Below are positions 9,678 through 19,509 of a stretch of 62,143 nucleotides of DNA, in pieces (within the stretch, counting starts at the first letter, position 1; each line of letters opens with the position of its first letter). Below the pieces are notes generated by a model that saw only the letters and a list, made by a program, of their open reading frames with translations, was not told the DNA's origin and did not search any database. This stretch comes from an uncultured Prevotellaceae bacterium. GTDB lineage: Bacteria > Bacteroidota > Bacteroidia > Bacteroidales > Bacteroidaceae. The DNA lies in contig CAMNJH010000001.1 in assembly GCA_946541275.1 (NCBI GenBank), forward strand, positions 1 to 62,143. Reading direction: 5' to 3'. The position numbers and the translations under genes were made by a program.

Positions 9678-10111
9678 GGACGAAAAAAAGTGCTACAAGT
9701 GCTACTGGTGGCTATAATACGCTGAATAACAGTGTTTTGTGGGTGCATTTTGATTTTCTGAAAATGCTACTGGAAAAACTACCAGTAGGGGTGAGCTGCC
9801 AGTTGTGCATTTGTGTGCTTTTGTGCAGAAATGAGACATACAGAAAAGTCGCGCCCCGACTTTTCTGTATGTCTCATCGGGATTTTTTCATACGGCGTCG
9901 ACTTTTTGAAAAAACTCGTTGACTTTTTGAAAAATCTCGCCGCCCTTTTGTGGTTTGGACAGGTCGGGGACTCACTGGTAGCACCTGTAGCATTTTCGGT
10001 AGCACTTCTGAGAGGCCAATTTGCACCTGTAAACACCCAAAATCCAGCCAGTTAGCACCGCCAGTAGCACTTGTAGCACCTTATTCTCGCGCTTTATATA
10101 CGCGCGCGCGT
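9658..10111. mobile_element. TGCTAC-arm palindromic intergenic element, copy A (MITE-like, non-coding)
   Basis: Exact 19-bp IR gtgctacaagtgctactgg (9690-9708 / 10061-10079) inside ~120-bp imperfect mirrored arms; CG-run+TATA termini; 21-bp perfect hairpin 9831-9877; two 21-bp units 9898-9939; reverse-complement homologue at 51241-51751. Confidence 0.7.
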
Positions 10112-10201
10112 AAACGGCGGGGGGAGGGTAGCCGTTTGAGGAAAAACTTCCGGCTGGAAGGAAAAAAGAAAGATTTACTTGGCCAAAAGCAGAATTTGTA
10201 G

Positions 10202-10209
10202 TACCTTTG
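10202..10209 (+). promoter_or_regulatory. -7 promoter box (TACCTTTG) for spmAB operon
   Basis: TAnnTTTG ~23 bp upstream of ATG 10232. Confidence 0.7.
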
Positions 10210-10231
10210 CACAGATTTTTTATTATATTTT

Positions 10232-11464
10232 ATGGTATTAAATTATATTTGGATAGCTTTTTTCATCGTTGCTTTTGTCGTGGCACTGGCAAAGCTCATT
10301 TTCACGGGCGATTTGGAAGTGTTTCCAGCCATGATGGACTCCACCTTTGCACAGTCAAAGACGGCTTTCGAAATTTCCCTGGGCTTGACGGGTGTGCTGT
10401 CGCTTTGGCTGGGTATTATGAAGATTGGCGAAAAAGGCGGTGTGGTGAATGTGCTGGCCCGTTGGCTCAGCCCTATATTTGTGAGGCTGTTTCCTGACGT
10501 GCCTAAAGGACATCCCGTGACGGGGAGCATCTTCATGAACCTGTCGGCTAACATGCTGGGACTCGACAATGCCGCCACGCCCATGGGCCTGAAGGCCATG
10601 GAGCAGTTGCAGGAGCTGAACCCGAAAAAGGACACGGCTTCCAACCCGATGATCATGTTCCTGGTGCTGAATACCAGTGGACTGACCCTGATTCCCATCA
10701 GCATTCTGGTTTATCGCGCCCAGATGGGTGCTTCCCAGCCCACAGATGTGTTTATCCCCATCCTGCTGGCCACGTTCTTTTCGACCATGGCTGGCGTCAT
10801 CATCACTTCACTGTTTCAGCGCATTAATCTGCTGAATCGCACACTGTTGTTAGGCTTGGGCGGCATGTGCTTGCTGGTGGCCGGCATCATCTGGGGCTTC
10901 AGCAGGCTCGACTCGGTGGTGATGAACAATGTCAGCGTCTCAGTGGCCAACATATTGCTGATGACCATTATCGTGGGTTTCATCGTGGCGGGCCTTCGCA
11001 AACGGGTGAACGTCTACGATGCCTTTATCGAGGGGGCCAAGGAGGGATTTGGCGTTGCCGTGCGCATCATCCCCTATTTGGTGGCCATCCTGGTGGCCAT
11101 CGGCGTGTTTCGTGCCTCGGGAGCCATGGACTGGCTCATTGACGGTGTGCGCTGGCTGGTGGCTGCACTGGGCTTTGATACTGATTTCGTAGGAGCCCTG
11201 CCTACGGCACTGATGAAACCCCTTTCGGGCAGTGGGGCACGCGGCATGATGGTCGATGCCATGACCACCTATGGCGCTGACTCATTCGTGGGCCGGCTGA
11301 GCTGCATCTTTCAGGGTTCTACTGATACCACGTTCTACATCTTGGCAGTCTACTTCGGGTCGGTGGGCGTGCGCTATACGCGCCATGCCGTTACCTGCGG
11401 CCTGCTGGCCGACCTGGCCGGAATCCTGGCTGCCATATTCATTGCTGCGCTGTTCTTTGGGTAG
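10232..11464 (+). CDS. SpmA/SpmB fusion, nucleoside-recognition (Gate) domain membrane protein
   Basis: MNLSANMLGLDNAATPMGLKAM, NVYDAFIEGAKEG, LMKPLSGSGARG, QGSTDTTFYILAVYFG. Confidence 0.88.
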   Translation: MVLNYIWIAFFIVAFVVALAKLIFTGDLEVFPAMMDSTFAQSKTAFEISLGLTGVLSLWLGIMKIGEKGGVVNVLARWLSPIFVRLFPDVPKGHPVTGSIFMNLSANMLGLDNAATPMGLKAMEQLQELNPKKDTASNPMIMFLVLNTSGLTLIPISILVYRAQMGASQPTDVFIPILLATFFSTMAGVIITSLFQRINLLNRTLLLGLGGMCLLVAGIIWGFSRLDSVVMNNVSVSVANILLMTIIVGFIVAGLRKRVNVYDAFIEGAKEGFGVAVRIIPYLVAILVAIGVFRASGAMDWLIDGVRWLVAALGFDTDFVGALPTALMKPLSGSGARGMMVDAMTTYGADSFVGRLSCIFQGSTDTTFYILAVYFGSVGVRYTRHAVTCGLLADLAGILAAIFIAALFFG

Positions 11465-11547
11465 GCGAATGGTAGGTGCTGTAGGTGGGGTAGGTGCTGT
11501 AATTAATTACCATACCTACCAAACCTACAACACCTACTTTACCTACA
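11460..11547. repeat. Palindromic 9-bp-period array (GTAGG units followed by CCTAC units)
   Basis: ggtaggtgctgtaggtggggtaggtgctgta-attaat-taccatacctaccaaacctacaacacctactttacctac. Confidence 0.85.
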
Positions 11548-11584
11548 AAAATAATAATTAACAATAAAAAAACCTGCCTCCCTC

Positions 11585-12229
11585 ATGAACGAGAAACACA
11601 AGAAGATTGATAGCTACCGCACGCTTCTGGCTTTCCAGAAGGCCGAGTGCGTTTTTGATATCACCTTTTATTTCGTGAATCGTTTCATGGATCGTGCCCA
11701 CGACCGCACCGTCGACCAGATGCAGCAGGCGGCGCGTTCGGGAAAGCAGAACATTGTGGAAGGCTATAGCGACGCCGAGGGCTCTACTGAGATTGAGCAT
11801 AAGCTGACTGCCGTGGCCAAGGGCAGCTTGGAGGAGTTGAAAGAGGACTTCCGTGACTATCTGCGCGTGAGAAACCTGGAGCTGTGGGGACCGCAACATG
11901 CGAAATACATGGCCTGCCAACCCCTTTTCAGGAAGCACAATGACACAGCCTATTATCAGCGGCAGATAAAGGATCGCAGCGATGAGGAAATAGCCAATAT
12001 AGCACTCATCGTGATTTATCAAGCACTTAGTCTGATTCGTGGGCTTCTTGACTGGCAGGATGAGAAGTTCCTGCGTGAAGGGGGCATCAAGGAACAGCGC
12101 TACAGGGCCAGGACCGAAGCACGGGGATATGGATATGGAAAGGATGGAAGATGGAATAATGTCAGGTCCCCCCAGGAAAATCCTACCACACCTACCCCAC
12201 CTACCAAACCTACAGAACCTCAGAAGTAA
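11585..12229 (+). CDS. Four helix bundle protein with suffix domain (23S rRNA IVS protein/Avd-like fold)
   Basis: YRTLLAFQKA...DRTVDQMQQAARSGKQNIVEG...AKGSLEELKEDFRDYLR, and suffix FLREGGIKEQRYRAR. Confidence 0.88.
   Translation: MNEKHKKIDSYRTLLAFQKAECVFDITFYFVNRFMDRAHDRTVDQMQQAARSGKQNIVEGYSDAEGSTEIEHKLTAVAKGSLEELKEDFRDYLRVRNLELWGPQHAKYMACQPLFRKHNDTAYYQRQIKDRSDEEIANIALIVIYQALSLIRGLLDWQDEKFLREGGIKEQRYRARTEARGYGYGKDGRWNNVRSPQENPTTPTPPTKPTEPQK
12181..12220 (+). repeat. 9-bp-period CCTAC array encoding the PTTPTPPTKPTEP tail of the four-helix-bundle protein
   Basis: tcctaccacacctaccccacctaccaaacctacagaacct; 16-bp complement of 11481-11496 and 16-bp direct repeat of 11514-11529. Confidence 0.85.
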
Positions 12230-12231
12230 CT

Positions 12232-13719
12232 ATGTCAAGCATGAAATCACTGGCCAAGGATACGGCCATCTACGGACTGTCGAGCATCGTGGCTCGCTTC
12301 ATTAACTATTTGCTGGTGCCCATCCAGACCACGCGGTTTGCCGCCTCGGGTGGAGAATACGGCATCATCACGAATGTCTACGCCTACGTGGCGCTGTTAA
12401 TCATTCTGCTGACATTCGGAATGGAGACCACCTTCTTCCGTTTCATGAACAAGGAAGGTGAGAACCCCACAAAAATCTATTCCACCACCTTGCGCATGGT
12501 GGGCTTCACATCGCTGCTGACCATTCTGCTGGTGCTCTGCTTCCTGCACCCCATTGCGGCGTCAGTAGGCTATGCCGATCATCCAGAATATGTGGGCGTG
12601 ATGTACGTTACCGTGGCTATCGACGCTTTCATGGCCATTCCCTTTGCCTATCTGCGCTATCAGCACAAGCCCATTAGGTTTGCTGCACTGAAGGTGGCCA
12701 ACATCCTGCTCAACATTGCGCTGAACGTGTTGTATCTCATTGTGCTGCCAGCGCTGCACATCAATCTCTTTGGCATCTACGACGAGCACTTCACGCTCGA
12801 CGTGGCCTTTGTGTTCTACATCAACCTGGTGTGCACCCTGTTCACCCTGTTGCTGCTCTCCAAGGAGCTCATGGGCATCCGCTTCGGCTTTGACAGGATA
12901 GCCTGCAAGCGCATGCTCAGCTATACCTGGCCCCTACTGGTGATGGGACTGGCCGGACAGCTGAATCAGTCGGCCTCGCAAATACTGTTCCCCTATTTCT
13001 ATAACGGTACGCAGCAGGAGGCCAACGCCCAGTTGGGCATTTACGGCGCCTGCATCAAGATAGCCATGATCATGGTGATGATTACCCAGGCCTTCCGCTT
13101 TGCCTACGAGCCATTCGTCTTCGGAAAGGCGAAGGACGCCGATAGCAAGACCACTTACGCCAAGGCCATGAAGTACTACATCATCTTCACCCTGCTGGCT
13201 TTCATCACTGTAATGGGCTATATTGATATTCTGCGCTTCGTCATAGGCCGCAGCTACTGGGATGGCCTGCGCGTGGTGCCCATCGTCATGGCTGCCGAGA
13301 TTATGTTTGGCGTGTTCTTCAACCTCTCCTTCTGGTATAAGCTGACCGACCGCACCATCTGGGGAGCCTACTTCTCGGGCATCGGTGCAGTGGTGCTCTT
13401 TGCCGTCGACATCCTGTTCATCCCGCGCTATGGCTACATGGCCTGCGCCTGGGCTGGCTTTGCTGCCTACGGCGTGTCAATGCTCCTGTCCTACTTCGTG
13501 GGGCAGCGCTACTACAAGGTGGATTATCCGCTGAAGGACATCTTCTTCTATGTGGTGGTGGCTGCGGCGGTGTTCTTCGTCATGCATTGGGGGCAGGGCA
13601 GCTTGCCACTGTGGGCATCACTCTGCATGAACACCGTGCTTATTGCTGCTTTCCTGGTCGTCATCGTCAAGCGCGACTTCCCCCTGAAGAACCTTCCTGT
13701 AATTGGTAAATATTTTTAA
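12232..13719 (+). CDS. Polysaccharide biosynthesis flippase (Wzx/MATE-like)
   Basis: MKSLAKDTAIYGLSSIVARFINYLLVP, LTFGMETTFFRF, QAFRFAYEPFVF; ~12-14 TM segments. Confidence 0.88.
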   Translation: MSSMKSLAKDTAIYGLSSIVARFINYLLVPIQTTRFAASGGEYGIITNVYAYVALLIILLTFGMETTFFRFMNKEGENPTKIYSTTLRMVGFTSLLTILLVLCFLHPIAASVGYADHPEYVGVMYVTVAIDAFMAIPFAYLRYQHKPIRFAALKVANILLNIALNVLYLIVLPALHINLFGIYDEHFTLDVAFVFYINLVCTLFTLLLLSKELMGIRFGFDRIACKRMLSYTWPLLVMGLAGQLNQSASQILFPYFYNGTQQEANAQLGIYGACIKIAMIMVMITQAFRFAYEPFVFGKAKDADSKTTYAKAMKYYIIFTLLAFITVMGYIDILRFVIGRSYWDGLRVVPIVMAAEIMFGVFFNLSFWYKLTDRTIWGAYFSGIGAVVLFAVDILFIPRYGYMACAWAGFAAYGVSMLLSYFVGQRYYKVDYPLKDIFFYVVVAAAVFFVMHWGQGSLPLWASLCMNTVLIAAFLVVIVKRDFPLKNLPVIGKYF

Positions 13720-13731
13720 AACAACAATAGA

Positions 13732-15861
13732 ATGAAGAAATTGATCTTATCACTGACCTGCCTGGCCGCCATGGGAGCACAGGCCGATGAGGGCATGTGG
13801 ACACTCTATGACTTGCCACAGGCCGTTTATGAGCAAATGAAAATGGAGGGCTACCAGCTGCCCTATGAAATGCTGTACAAGGCTGACGATGCCATCATGA
13901 AGAGCGTGGTCATCTTCTCGGGCTACTGCTCGGGTGTGGTGGTCAGCCCCGATGGGCTGGTGTTCACCAACCATCACTGCGGCTTTGAGGCTATTCGCAG
14001 CCACAGCACCGTGGAGCACGACTATATGCTGAATGGTTTCATTGCCAAGAGCTACGAGGAGGAGCTGCCCAATGAGAATATGTTCGTATCGTTCATGGTG
14101 GAGCAGAAGGACGTCACCAGCCAGATTGTCAACGATGACTTCCGCAAGATGAGCAACAAAGATCAGTCCATCTATCTGGACAGCATCGAGAACGCCATGT
14201 CAAAGGCCGTCAAGGCACAGGACTCTACGCTTCGCGTGGAACTGAAGCCCTTCTATGAGGGCAATCGCTACTATGCCACTACTTACCGTGACTTCACTGA
14301 CCTGCGCCTGGTGTTTGCCATTCCCAAGTCAATGGGTAAGTTTGGCGGCGAGACCGACAACTGGATGTGGCCCCGCCAGACCTGCGACTTCTCGGTGTTC
14401 CGCATCTATTGCGACCCCGTGACGGGCGGTCCGGCAGCATATTCTGAGAAGAACGTGCCCTATCACCCCAAGCACTGGGCCAAGGTGTCGACCGAAGGCT
14501 ATCAGGAGGGTTCTTTCTCAATGACCATGGGCTATCCAGGAAGCACGTCGCGCTATCTTTCCAGTGGCGGTATTCAGGAGCGCTATGTGGAGAATGCCGC
14601 CCGTGCTCAGGTGCGTGGCGTGAAACAGGAAGTGATGAAGCGCCACATGGACGCCTCGGAGGCAGTGCGCATCAAGTATGACTCCAAATACGCCACCAGC
14701 TCGAACTATTGGAAAAACTCCATCGGCATGAACAAGTGCATTGACTCAATAGGCCTTATCCAGCAGAAGCAGCAGTTTGAGCAGCAGCTGAAAAACTGGC
14801 AGGAAAAGACTGGTTACCTGAAAGGCCAACTGAATCTGGACACACTGGCACAGCTATACAAGAAGCGTATTGACATCAGTGAGGCCATGATGTTCTGGGG
14901 GGAGACTTTTATGCGCAATGACGAGCTGAGCCAGCGTGCATTTAGGGTCCACAACGGCGCAGAGCCCGTTGGCAGTGGCAAGCGCCAGCACATCAACTTC
15001 AAGAACAACCGTGACAAATGGGACCTGGCCACCGACCGCGAGATACTAGGCACGCTGCTGCAAAACTACAGGCAGCAGGTGAAGGACGAGCGTTGGCTGC
15101 CGGAGTTTTACACCAAGGTGATTGACAAGAAATATGGCGGTGACTGCCAGGCCTATGCCAATGCCCTCTATAAGAAATCGGCTTTGATAAAGAAAGGCCG
15201 TGTCTACCCGAACAAGAAGTCGTTCATGAAGGACATGGGCGTCAGCTATGGTTTTGACCTGGTTGAAATGTTCTTTGGCTTCCGTTTGGCATTATCAGAC
15301 CTGAATGATGACATTGACGAGCAGGAACGTCTGCTCTGCGATGCCAAGATGCAGATGGAGATGGACCAGCCCCATTATAGTGATGCCAACTTCACAATGC
15401 GCATGAGCCATGGGCAGGTGAAAGAGTACACCCTGGGCGGTAAGCCTTCGGGCTATTATACGGCTGTCAAGAGCATTGTGGACAAGATGCGCACTGGCGA
15501 CCAGGTGGAGGACTACAAGGTGGAGCCTGAAATCATGGCCCTGATGAATAGCGTTTCTGAGCGTCAGCCAGGTGGCACGGGCTCGCTGCCTTACTATGTT
15601 GACAAGCGTACGGGCAAGATGCAACTGTGCTTCCTGACCACCAACGACATCACTGGCGGCAACAGCGGCTCGCCTATGTTCGACGGACAGAACAGGCTCA
15701 TCGGACTGGCTTTCGACGGCAACTGGGATTCGCTGTCCAGCGACATCTTCTTCGATAAACTGCTGGCTCGCTGCATCGGCGTTGACATCCGTTACGTGCT
15801 GTTCATGATGGACCACTGGGGACACGCTGACCGCCTGTTGCGCGAACTCAATGTGAAGTAA
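13732..15861 (+). CDS. S46 family dipeptidyl peptidase (DPP7-type)
   Basis: ADEGMW, TNHHCG, GGETDNWMWPR, TGGNSGSP; FDGNW (Gly at the S1 position as in DPP7, not Arg as in DPP11). Confidence 0.92.
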   Translation: MKKLILSLTCLAAMGAQADEGMWTLYDLPQAVYEQMKMEGYQLPYEMLYKADDAIMKSVVIFSGYCSGVVVSPDGLVFTNHHCGFEAIRSHSTVEHDYMLNGFIAKSYEEELPNENMFVSFMVEQKDVTSQIVNDDFRKMSNKDQSIYLDSIENAMSKAVKAQDSTLRVELKPFYEGNRYYATTYRDFTDLRLVFAIPKSMGKFGGETDNWMWPRQTCDFSVFRIYCDPVTGGPAAYSEKNVPYHPKHWAKVSTEGYQEGSFSMTMGYPGSTSRYLSSGGIQERYVENAARAQVRGVKQEVMKRHMDASEAVRIKYDSKYATSSNYWKNSIGMNKCIDSIGLIQQKQQFEQQLKNWQEKTGYLKGQLNLDTLAQLYKKRIDISEAMMFWGETFMRNDELSQRAFRVHNGAEPVGSGKRQHINFKNNRDKWDLATDREILGTLLQNYRQQVKDERWLPEFYTKVIDKKYGGDCQAYANALYKKSALIKKGRVYPNKKSFMKDMGVSYGFDLVEMFFGFRLALSDLNDDIDEQERLLCDAKMQMEMDQPHYSDANFTMRMSHGQVKEYTLGGKPSGYYTAVKSIVDKMRTGDQVEDYKVEPEIMALMNSVSERQPGGTGSLPYYVDKRTGKMQLCFLTTNDITGGNSGSPMFDGQNRLIGLAFDGNWDSLSSDIFFDKLLARCIGVDIRYVLFMMDHWGHADRLLRELNVK

Positions 15862-15900
15862 GGGCCATCCTTCTCTGTGAAGAACCCTCGCTTGGTGTCT

Positions 15901-17088
15901 ATGCGACGATTCCTGCTGATGATATTCTTGCTGGCGCCAGCTCTGGAAGGGCTGGCGCAGCTCACTCGCTATCAGGCCGTTTTTGAAGTGTCGGACCACG
16001 ATTTTGCCGATACTATCACCATAGCTTGGGAGCGTGGGCAGGTGTTTGTGCCTGTAGAGATAGATGGATGCAGCTATCGCTTCCTGCTGGATACGGGTGC
16101 AGGCATGTCGTCGGTGTTCAAGGGCAGCAGGCTAGCCGCCCTGTGCAATGAGGTGGGCAGTATCGTCTCCTATGATGGAGCTGGGCGTAGCGACACGGTT
16201 GGGGTGGTGCAGCTGCCACCGCTCATGATGGGTAGCGTGAGCCTGAAGGGCTGCAGGGCAACGGTGCAGCAGCCTTCATCAGCGGGAGCGGCCATTGATG
16301 GCATCCTTGGCTTTGACTTGGTGAATGGCGGACTTTCCGTGAAGATTGATGTGCCTTCCCGCCAGCTGATAATTACTGACCGATGGCGGCTCTTTAGCCG
16401 CGAGGCAGGAACGATAAGCCTGAAGTACCATCTCAACTATCATGTACCTTATATTAATGTGGTTCCTTTCGGGCGCCACAAGGAGCGTGTGCTTTTCGAC
16501 ACCGGCAGCCGGCAGTTCTTCTCCATGAATAAGGCTCATTTCGACAGAGCGGCAAGAAAGCAGGACAAGGCGCAGGATATACTGGTGGAAGGTCGTTCAT
16601 GGGGTTGCCATGCCATGGGACATCATGGCGTGGAGGCAGAGGGCGAGGTGGCTTTCATTCAGCTGGACAGCCTGCGGCTAGGGCGCTATGTATTTCGTGA
16701 CGTGCATTGCATGACCACACAAGGAGGCTCACACATAGGAGCACCGCTGCTGGCCTTCGGAGCCGTCATGTTCGTCCCTCAGCAGCGCCGCATGTATTTT
16801 CAGCCTTGTATCAATGAACAGCCCTGCCGCGTAGGCAATTCCCAATTGGAAATTGCCTTCGTGGCCGACCACCTTGGCCGACCGCAGGTAGGACTGGTTT
16901 GGGAAAAAGGCATTCCCTACCAGCTGGGATTCCGCTATGGTGATGTGATAGAGCAGATTGACCATAGGCCCGTAGGCAGTCTTGCCCAGTTGGCAGGGTG
17001 GGGCTTCCAGCGTGGAAGAGAGTATGTGTTCACCCTGCTTGATGCGCAGGGAGAGCGGCGGGAAGTGCGCTGGGTCAGACTGCCCTGA
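15901..17088 (+). CDS. Secreted tandem retropepsin-like aspartyl protease with C-terminal PDZ-like domain
   Basis: FLLDTGAG and VLFDTGS motifs, DGILG flap, GFRYGDVIEQID; ATG 15901 preferred over GTG 15877 because it opens a signal peptide. Confidence 0.8.
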   Translation: MRRFLLMIFLLAPALEGLAQLTRYQAVFEVSDHDFADTITIAWERGQVFVPVEIDGCSYRFLLDTGAGMSSVFKGSRLAALCNEVGSIVSYDGAGRSDTVGVVQLPPLMMGSVSLKGCRATVQQPSSAGAAIDGILGFDLVNGGLSVKIDVPSRQLIITDRWRLFSREAGTISLKYHLNYHVPYINVVPFGRHKERVLFDTGSRQFFSMNKAHFDRAARKQDKAQDILVEGRSWGCHAMGHHGVEAEGEVAFIQLDSLRLGRYVFRDVHCMTTQGGSHIGAPLLAFGAVMFVPQQRRMYFQPCINEQPCRVGNSQLEIAFVADHLGRPQVGLVWEKGIPYQLGFRYGDVIEQIDHRPVGSLAQLAGWGFQRGREYVFTLLDAQGERREVRWVRLP

Positions 17089-18556
17089 TGAGCTGGCTGA
17101 CAGCGGTGCGCCATCCTTGATAGAGGGCGTCGGTGTTCTGGTCGGGTCGGGGCTGAATGACCTGTGTCACCTTGCGCAAAGGCACCACTTCGTCGAATGA
17201 TGACCAAAGGCCAAGGGCGAAGCCATTCATGATGGCGGCACCCAGGGCTGAGGCATCATCAACCTCGGTACAGACTATGGGCGTCTGTAGCAGGTCGGCC
17301 TGGAACTGCATGAGGAACTGGTTCTTAGTGGGGCCGCCGTCAGCGCAGATTTCCTTCAGGGCAGAGCCTGTGGCGCGGGTCATGGCATCTACCAGGTCCT
17401 TGATTTGATAGGCTATGCTCTCCAGAGCTGCACGCAGGAAGTGGGCTCGGGTAGTAGCGAAGGTCAGGCCGAAGACTGCGCCCTTGACTTGGCTCTGCCA
17501 CCAAGGGGCACCAAGACCAGAGAAAGCAGGAACAATGTAGACGCCACCACTGTCAGGCACACTGACGGCCTCGGCTTCCATCTCACTGGGGTGGTTGACC
17601 ATCTTCAGCTGGTCGGCCAGCCATTTCAATGTGGCACCAGTGCTGTAGATGTTGCCTTCGTAACCATAGAAATGCTGGCCCAGTGCCGAGAATCCCACGC
17701 TGGTTACCAAACCCTCGGGAGCGGGTAGGGGTTGTGTGCCGATATTAACCATCACGCTGGAGCCTGTTCCATAGGTCACCTTGCCCATGCCTTCACTGAA
17801 GCACATCTGTCCCACCAGGGCGCCATGAGAGTCGCCCAGGACGCCGGCTATGGGGATGGGTTCCTTGAAAACGCCCTCTACGGTAGTGTCGCCATACAAG
17901 GCATCGCAGGGCTTTACCTCGGGCATCATGGAGCGAGGTATGCCGAAGAGCGCCAGCAGGTCGTCATCCCATTGCATCGTGTGGATGTTGAAGAGCATGG
18001 TACGCGAGGCATTGGTGGTATCGGTGGCATGAATGCGCCCGTTGGTGAGCCGCCATACGAGCCAGGTATCAATGGTGCCCATCAGCAGCTCACCTGCTTC
18101 GGCTGACTGCCGGGCGCCGGGGACATGGTCAAGCAGCCACTTCACGCCGGAGGCCGAGAAGTTGGGGTCAATGAGCAGGCCACTCTTCTGCATCACCATT
18201 GCCGTGTGTCCCTGACTTCGTAATTGCTGGCAAAGTTCTGCACCACGGGTGTCTTGCCACACCACGGCATGGGCAATGGGACGACCCGTCAGCCTGTTCC
18301 ATACCACGGCGGTCTCACGCTGGTTGGTGATGGCAATGGAAAAGCAACTGTCAGGCGCAGCATTCTTTTCCTTGATGGTGCGGATGGCCGTCACCATGTT
18401 CTGGTAGATTTCCTCCGCGTCGTGCTCTACCCAGCCTGTCTGGGGGTAGTATTGCTGATGGTCCACGCTGGTGCGGTCCAGCATGTGGCAGTGCTCGTCG
18501 AAAAGCAGTGCTTTCGTGGCCGACGTGCTTTGGTCTATGGCGATAATCCTGTTCAT
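17075..18556 (-). CDS. FGGY family carbohydrate kinase (GlpK-like; probable D-apulose kinase)
   Basis: IAIDQSTSATK, ITNQRETAVVW, TDTTNASRT, DGGPTKN; DQST and GDSH depart from canonical GlpK DQGT/GDQQ; operonic with split transketolase. Confidence 0.85.
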   Translation of the reverse strand: MNRIIAIDQSTSATKALLFDEHCHMLDRTSVDHQQYYPQTGWVEHDAEEIYQNMVTAIRTIKEKNAAPDSCFSIAITNQRETAVVWNRLTGRPIAHAVVWQDTRGAELCQQLRSQGHTAMVMQKSGLLIDPNFSASGVKWLLDHVPGARQSAEAGELLMGTIDTWLVWRLTNGRIHATDTTNASRTMLFNIHTMQWDDDLLALFGIPRSMMPEVKPCDALYGDTTVEGVFKEPIPIAGVLGDSHGALVGQMCFSEGMGKVTYGTGSSVMVNIGTQPLPAPEGLVTSVGFSALGQHFYGYEGNIYSTGATLKWLADQLKMVNHPSEMEAEAVSVPDSGGVYIVPAFSGLGAPWWQSQVKGAVFGLTFATTRAHFLRAALESIAYQIKDLVDAMTRATGSALKEICADGGPTKNQFLMQFQADLLQTPIVCTEVDDASALGAAIMNGFALGLWSSFDEVVPLRKVTQVIQPRPDQNTDALYQGWRTAVSQLIRAV

Positions 18557-18578
18557 GATGGTGAAAATGGACGGTGAA

Positions 18579-19505
18579 TCAGTGTTTGATGAAAGAACGC
18601 ACGGCTTTCACAATGCCCTCGGCATCCATGCCGTAGTAGTGGAAGATCTCTGCATTTGTACCATGGACTACGTTCTCGTCAGGGATGCCGATGATGCGTA
18701 CGGGTACTGGCTGTTCGCTGATGGTCTCGCATACCATGGCTCCGAGGCCGCCAAACTGGCTGTGCTCCTCGACGGTGACGATGTGGCCCGTGTCGAGGGC
18801 AGCCTTGCGAATGGCATCGGCATCAAAAGGCTTCAGCCATGAGCAGTCCAGCACGCGGGCGCAGATGCCCAGCTCCTTCAGTTGCAGTCCGGCTTGCCAG
18901 GCGTGATAGACGGTCTCGCCAGTTGCCACGATGGTGACGTCGTTGCCATCAAGCAGTTGGATGGCCTTGCCCGGTTCAAAGGGGAAGTCATCGTCGGCAT
19001 AGACATCAGGCACGGCGGCGCGACCAACGCGGACATAGCAAGGCTTATTGAAATCTGTCAGGAAGCGAACCAGCTTCTTGGTAAAGCGCCAGTCGCTAGG
19101 CAGGCAGATGGTCATGCCAGGGAATGTGCGCAGGACGGCTATGTCGTGCAGCGAGTGATGGGTGGCGCCCAAGGCTCCGTAAGCCACGCCTCCACTCACA
19201 CCCAGTATGGTGACAGGGTTCTCACTGTAGGCCAGGTCTACCTTCACCTGCTCCAGAGAGCGGGCTACATAGAAGCACGCCGGACCACAGCAGAACACTT
19301 TCTTGCCTGAGTGGGCCAGTCCGGCAGAAATGCCGACGGCATCTTGCTCGGCGATGCCACATTCTACGAACTGCTCAGGCAGAGCCGAGGCAAAGTCGCC
19401 AAGGGTCACTGAGCCACGGGCATCGGTAGTGACGGCGATGATATCTTTATCCTGACGTGCCAGCTCCAGCAGTGTGTCAGTGAATTGTTTTCTACATGCA
19501 ATCAT
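18579..19505 (-). CDS. Transketolase C-terminal subunit (probable apulose-4-phosphate transketolase B)
   Basis: ECGIAEQ, GATHHS, VTVEEHSQFGGLG. Confidence 0.9.
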   Translation of the reverse strand: MIACRKQFTDTLLELARQDKDIIAVTTDARGSVTLGDFASALPEQFVECGIAEQDAVGISAGLAHSGKKVFCCGPACFYVARSLEQVKVDLAYSENPVTILGVSGGVAYGALGATHHSLHDIAVLRTFPGMTICLPSDWRFTKKLVRFLTDFNKPCYVRVGRAAVPDVYADDDFPFEPGKAIQLLDGNDVTIVATGETVYHAWQAGLQLKELGICARVLDCSWLKPFDADAIRKAALDTGHIVTVEEHSQFGGLGAMVCETISEQPVPVRIIGIPDENVVHGTNAEIFHYYGMDAEGIVKAVRSFIKH

Positions 19506-19509
19506 CTTC

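Noticed and set aside
9658-10111. Invertible promoter (phase-variation switch) interpretation of the elements
   Set aside because: The adjacent TAnnTTTG boxes lie outside the inverted arms, the arms are imperfect, and no invertase is nearby. Not fully excluded without reads.
11585-12229. Diversity-generating retroelement or rRNA IVS
   Set aside because: No reverse transcriptase, no TR/VR pair with adenine-specific mismatches, and no rRNA sequence in the window.
17075-18556. Assigning gene symbol glpK
   Set aside because: Motif deviations and context (split transketolase, apiosidase, no glpD/glpF) favour another FGGY substrate.
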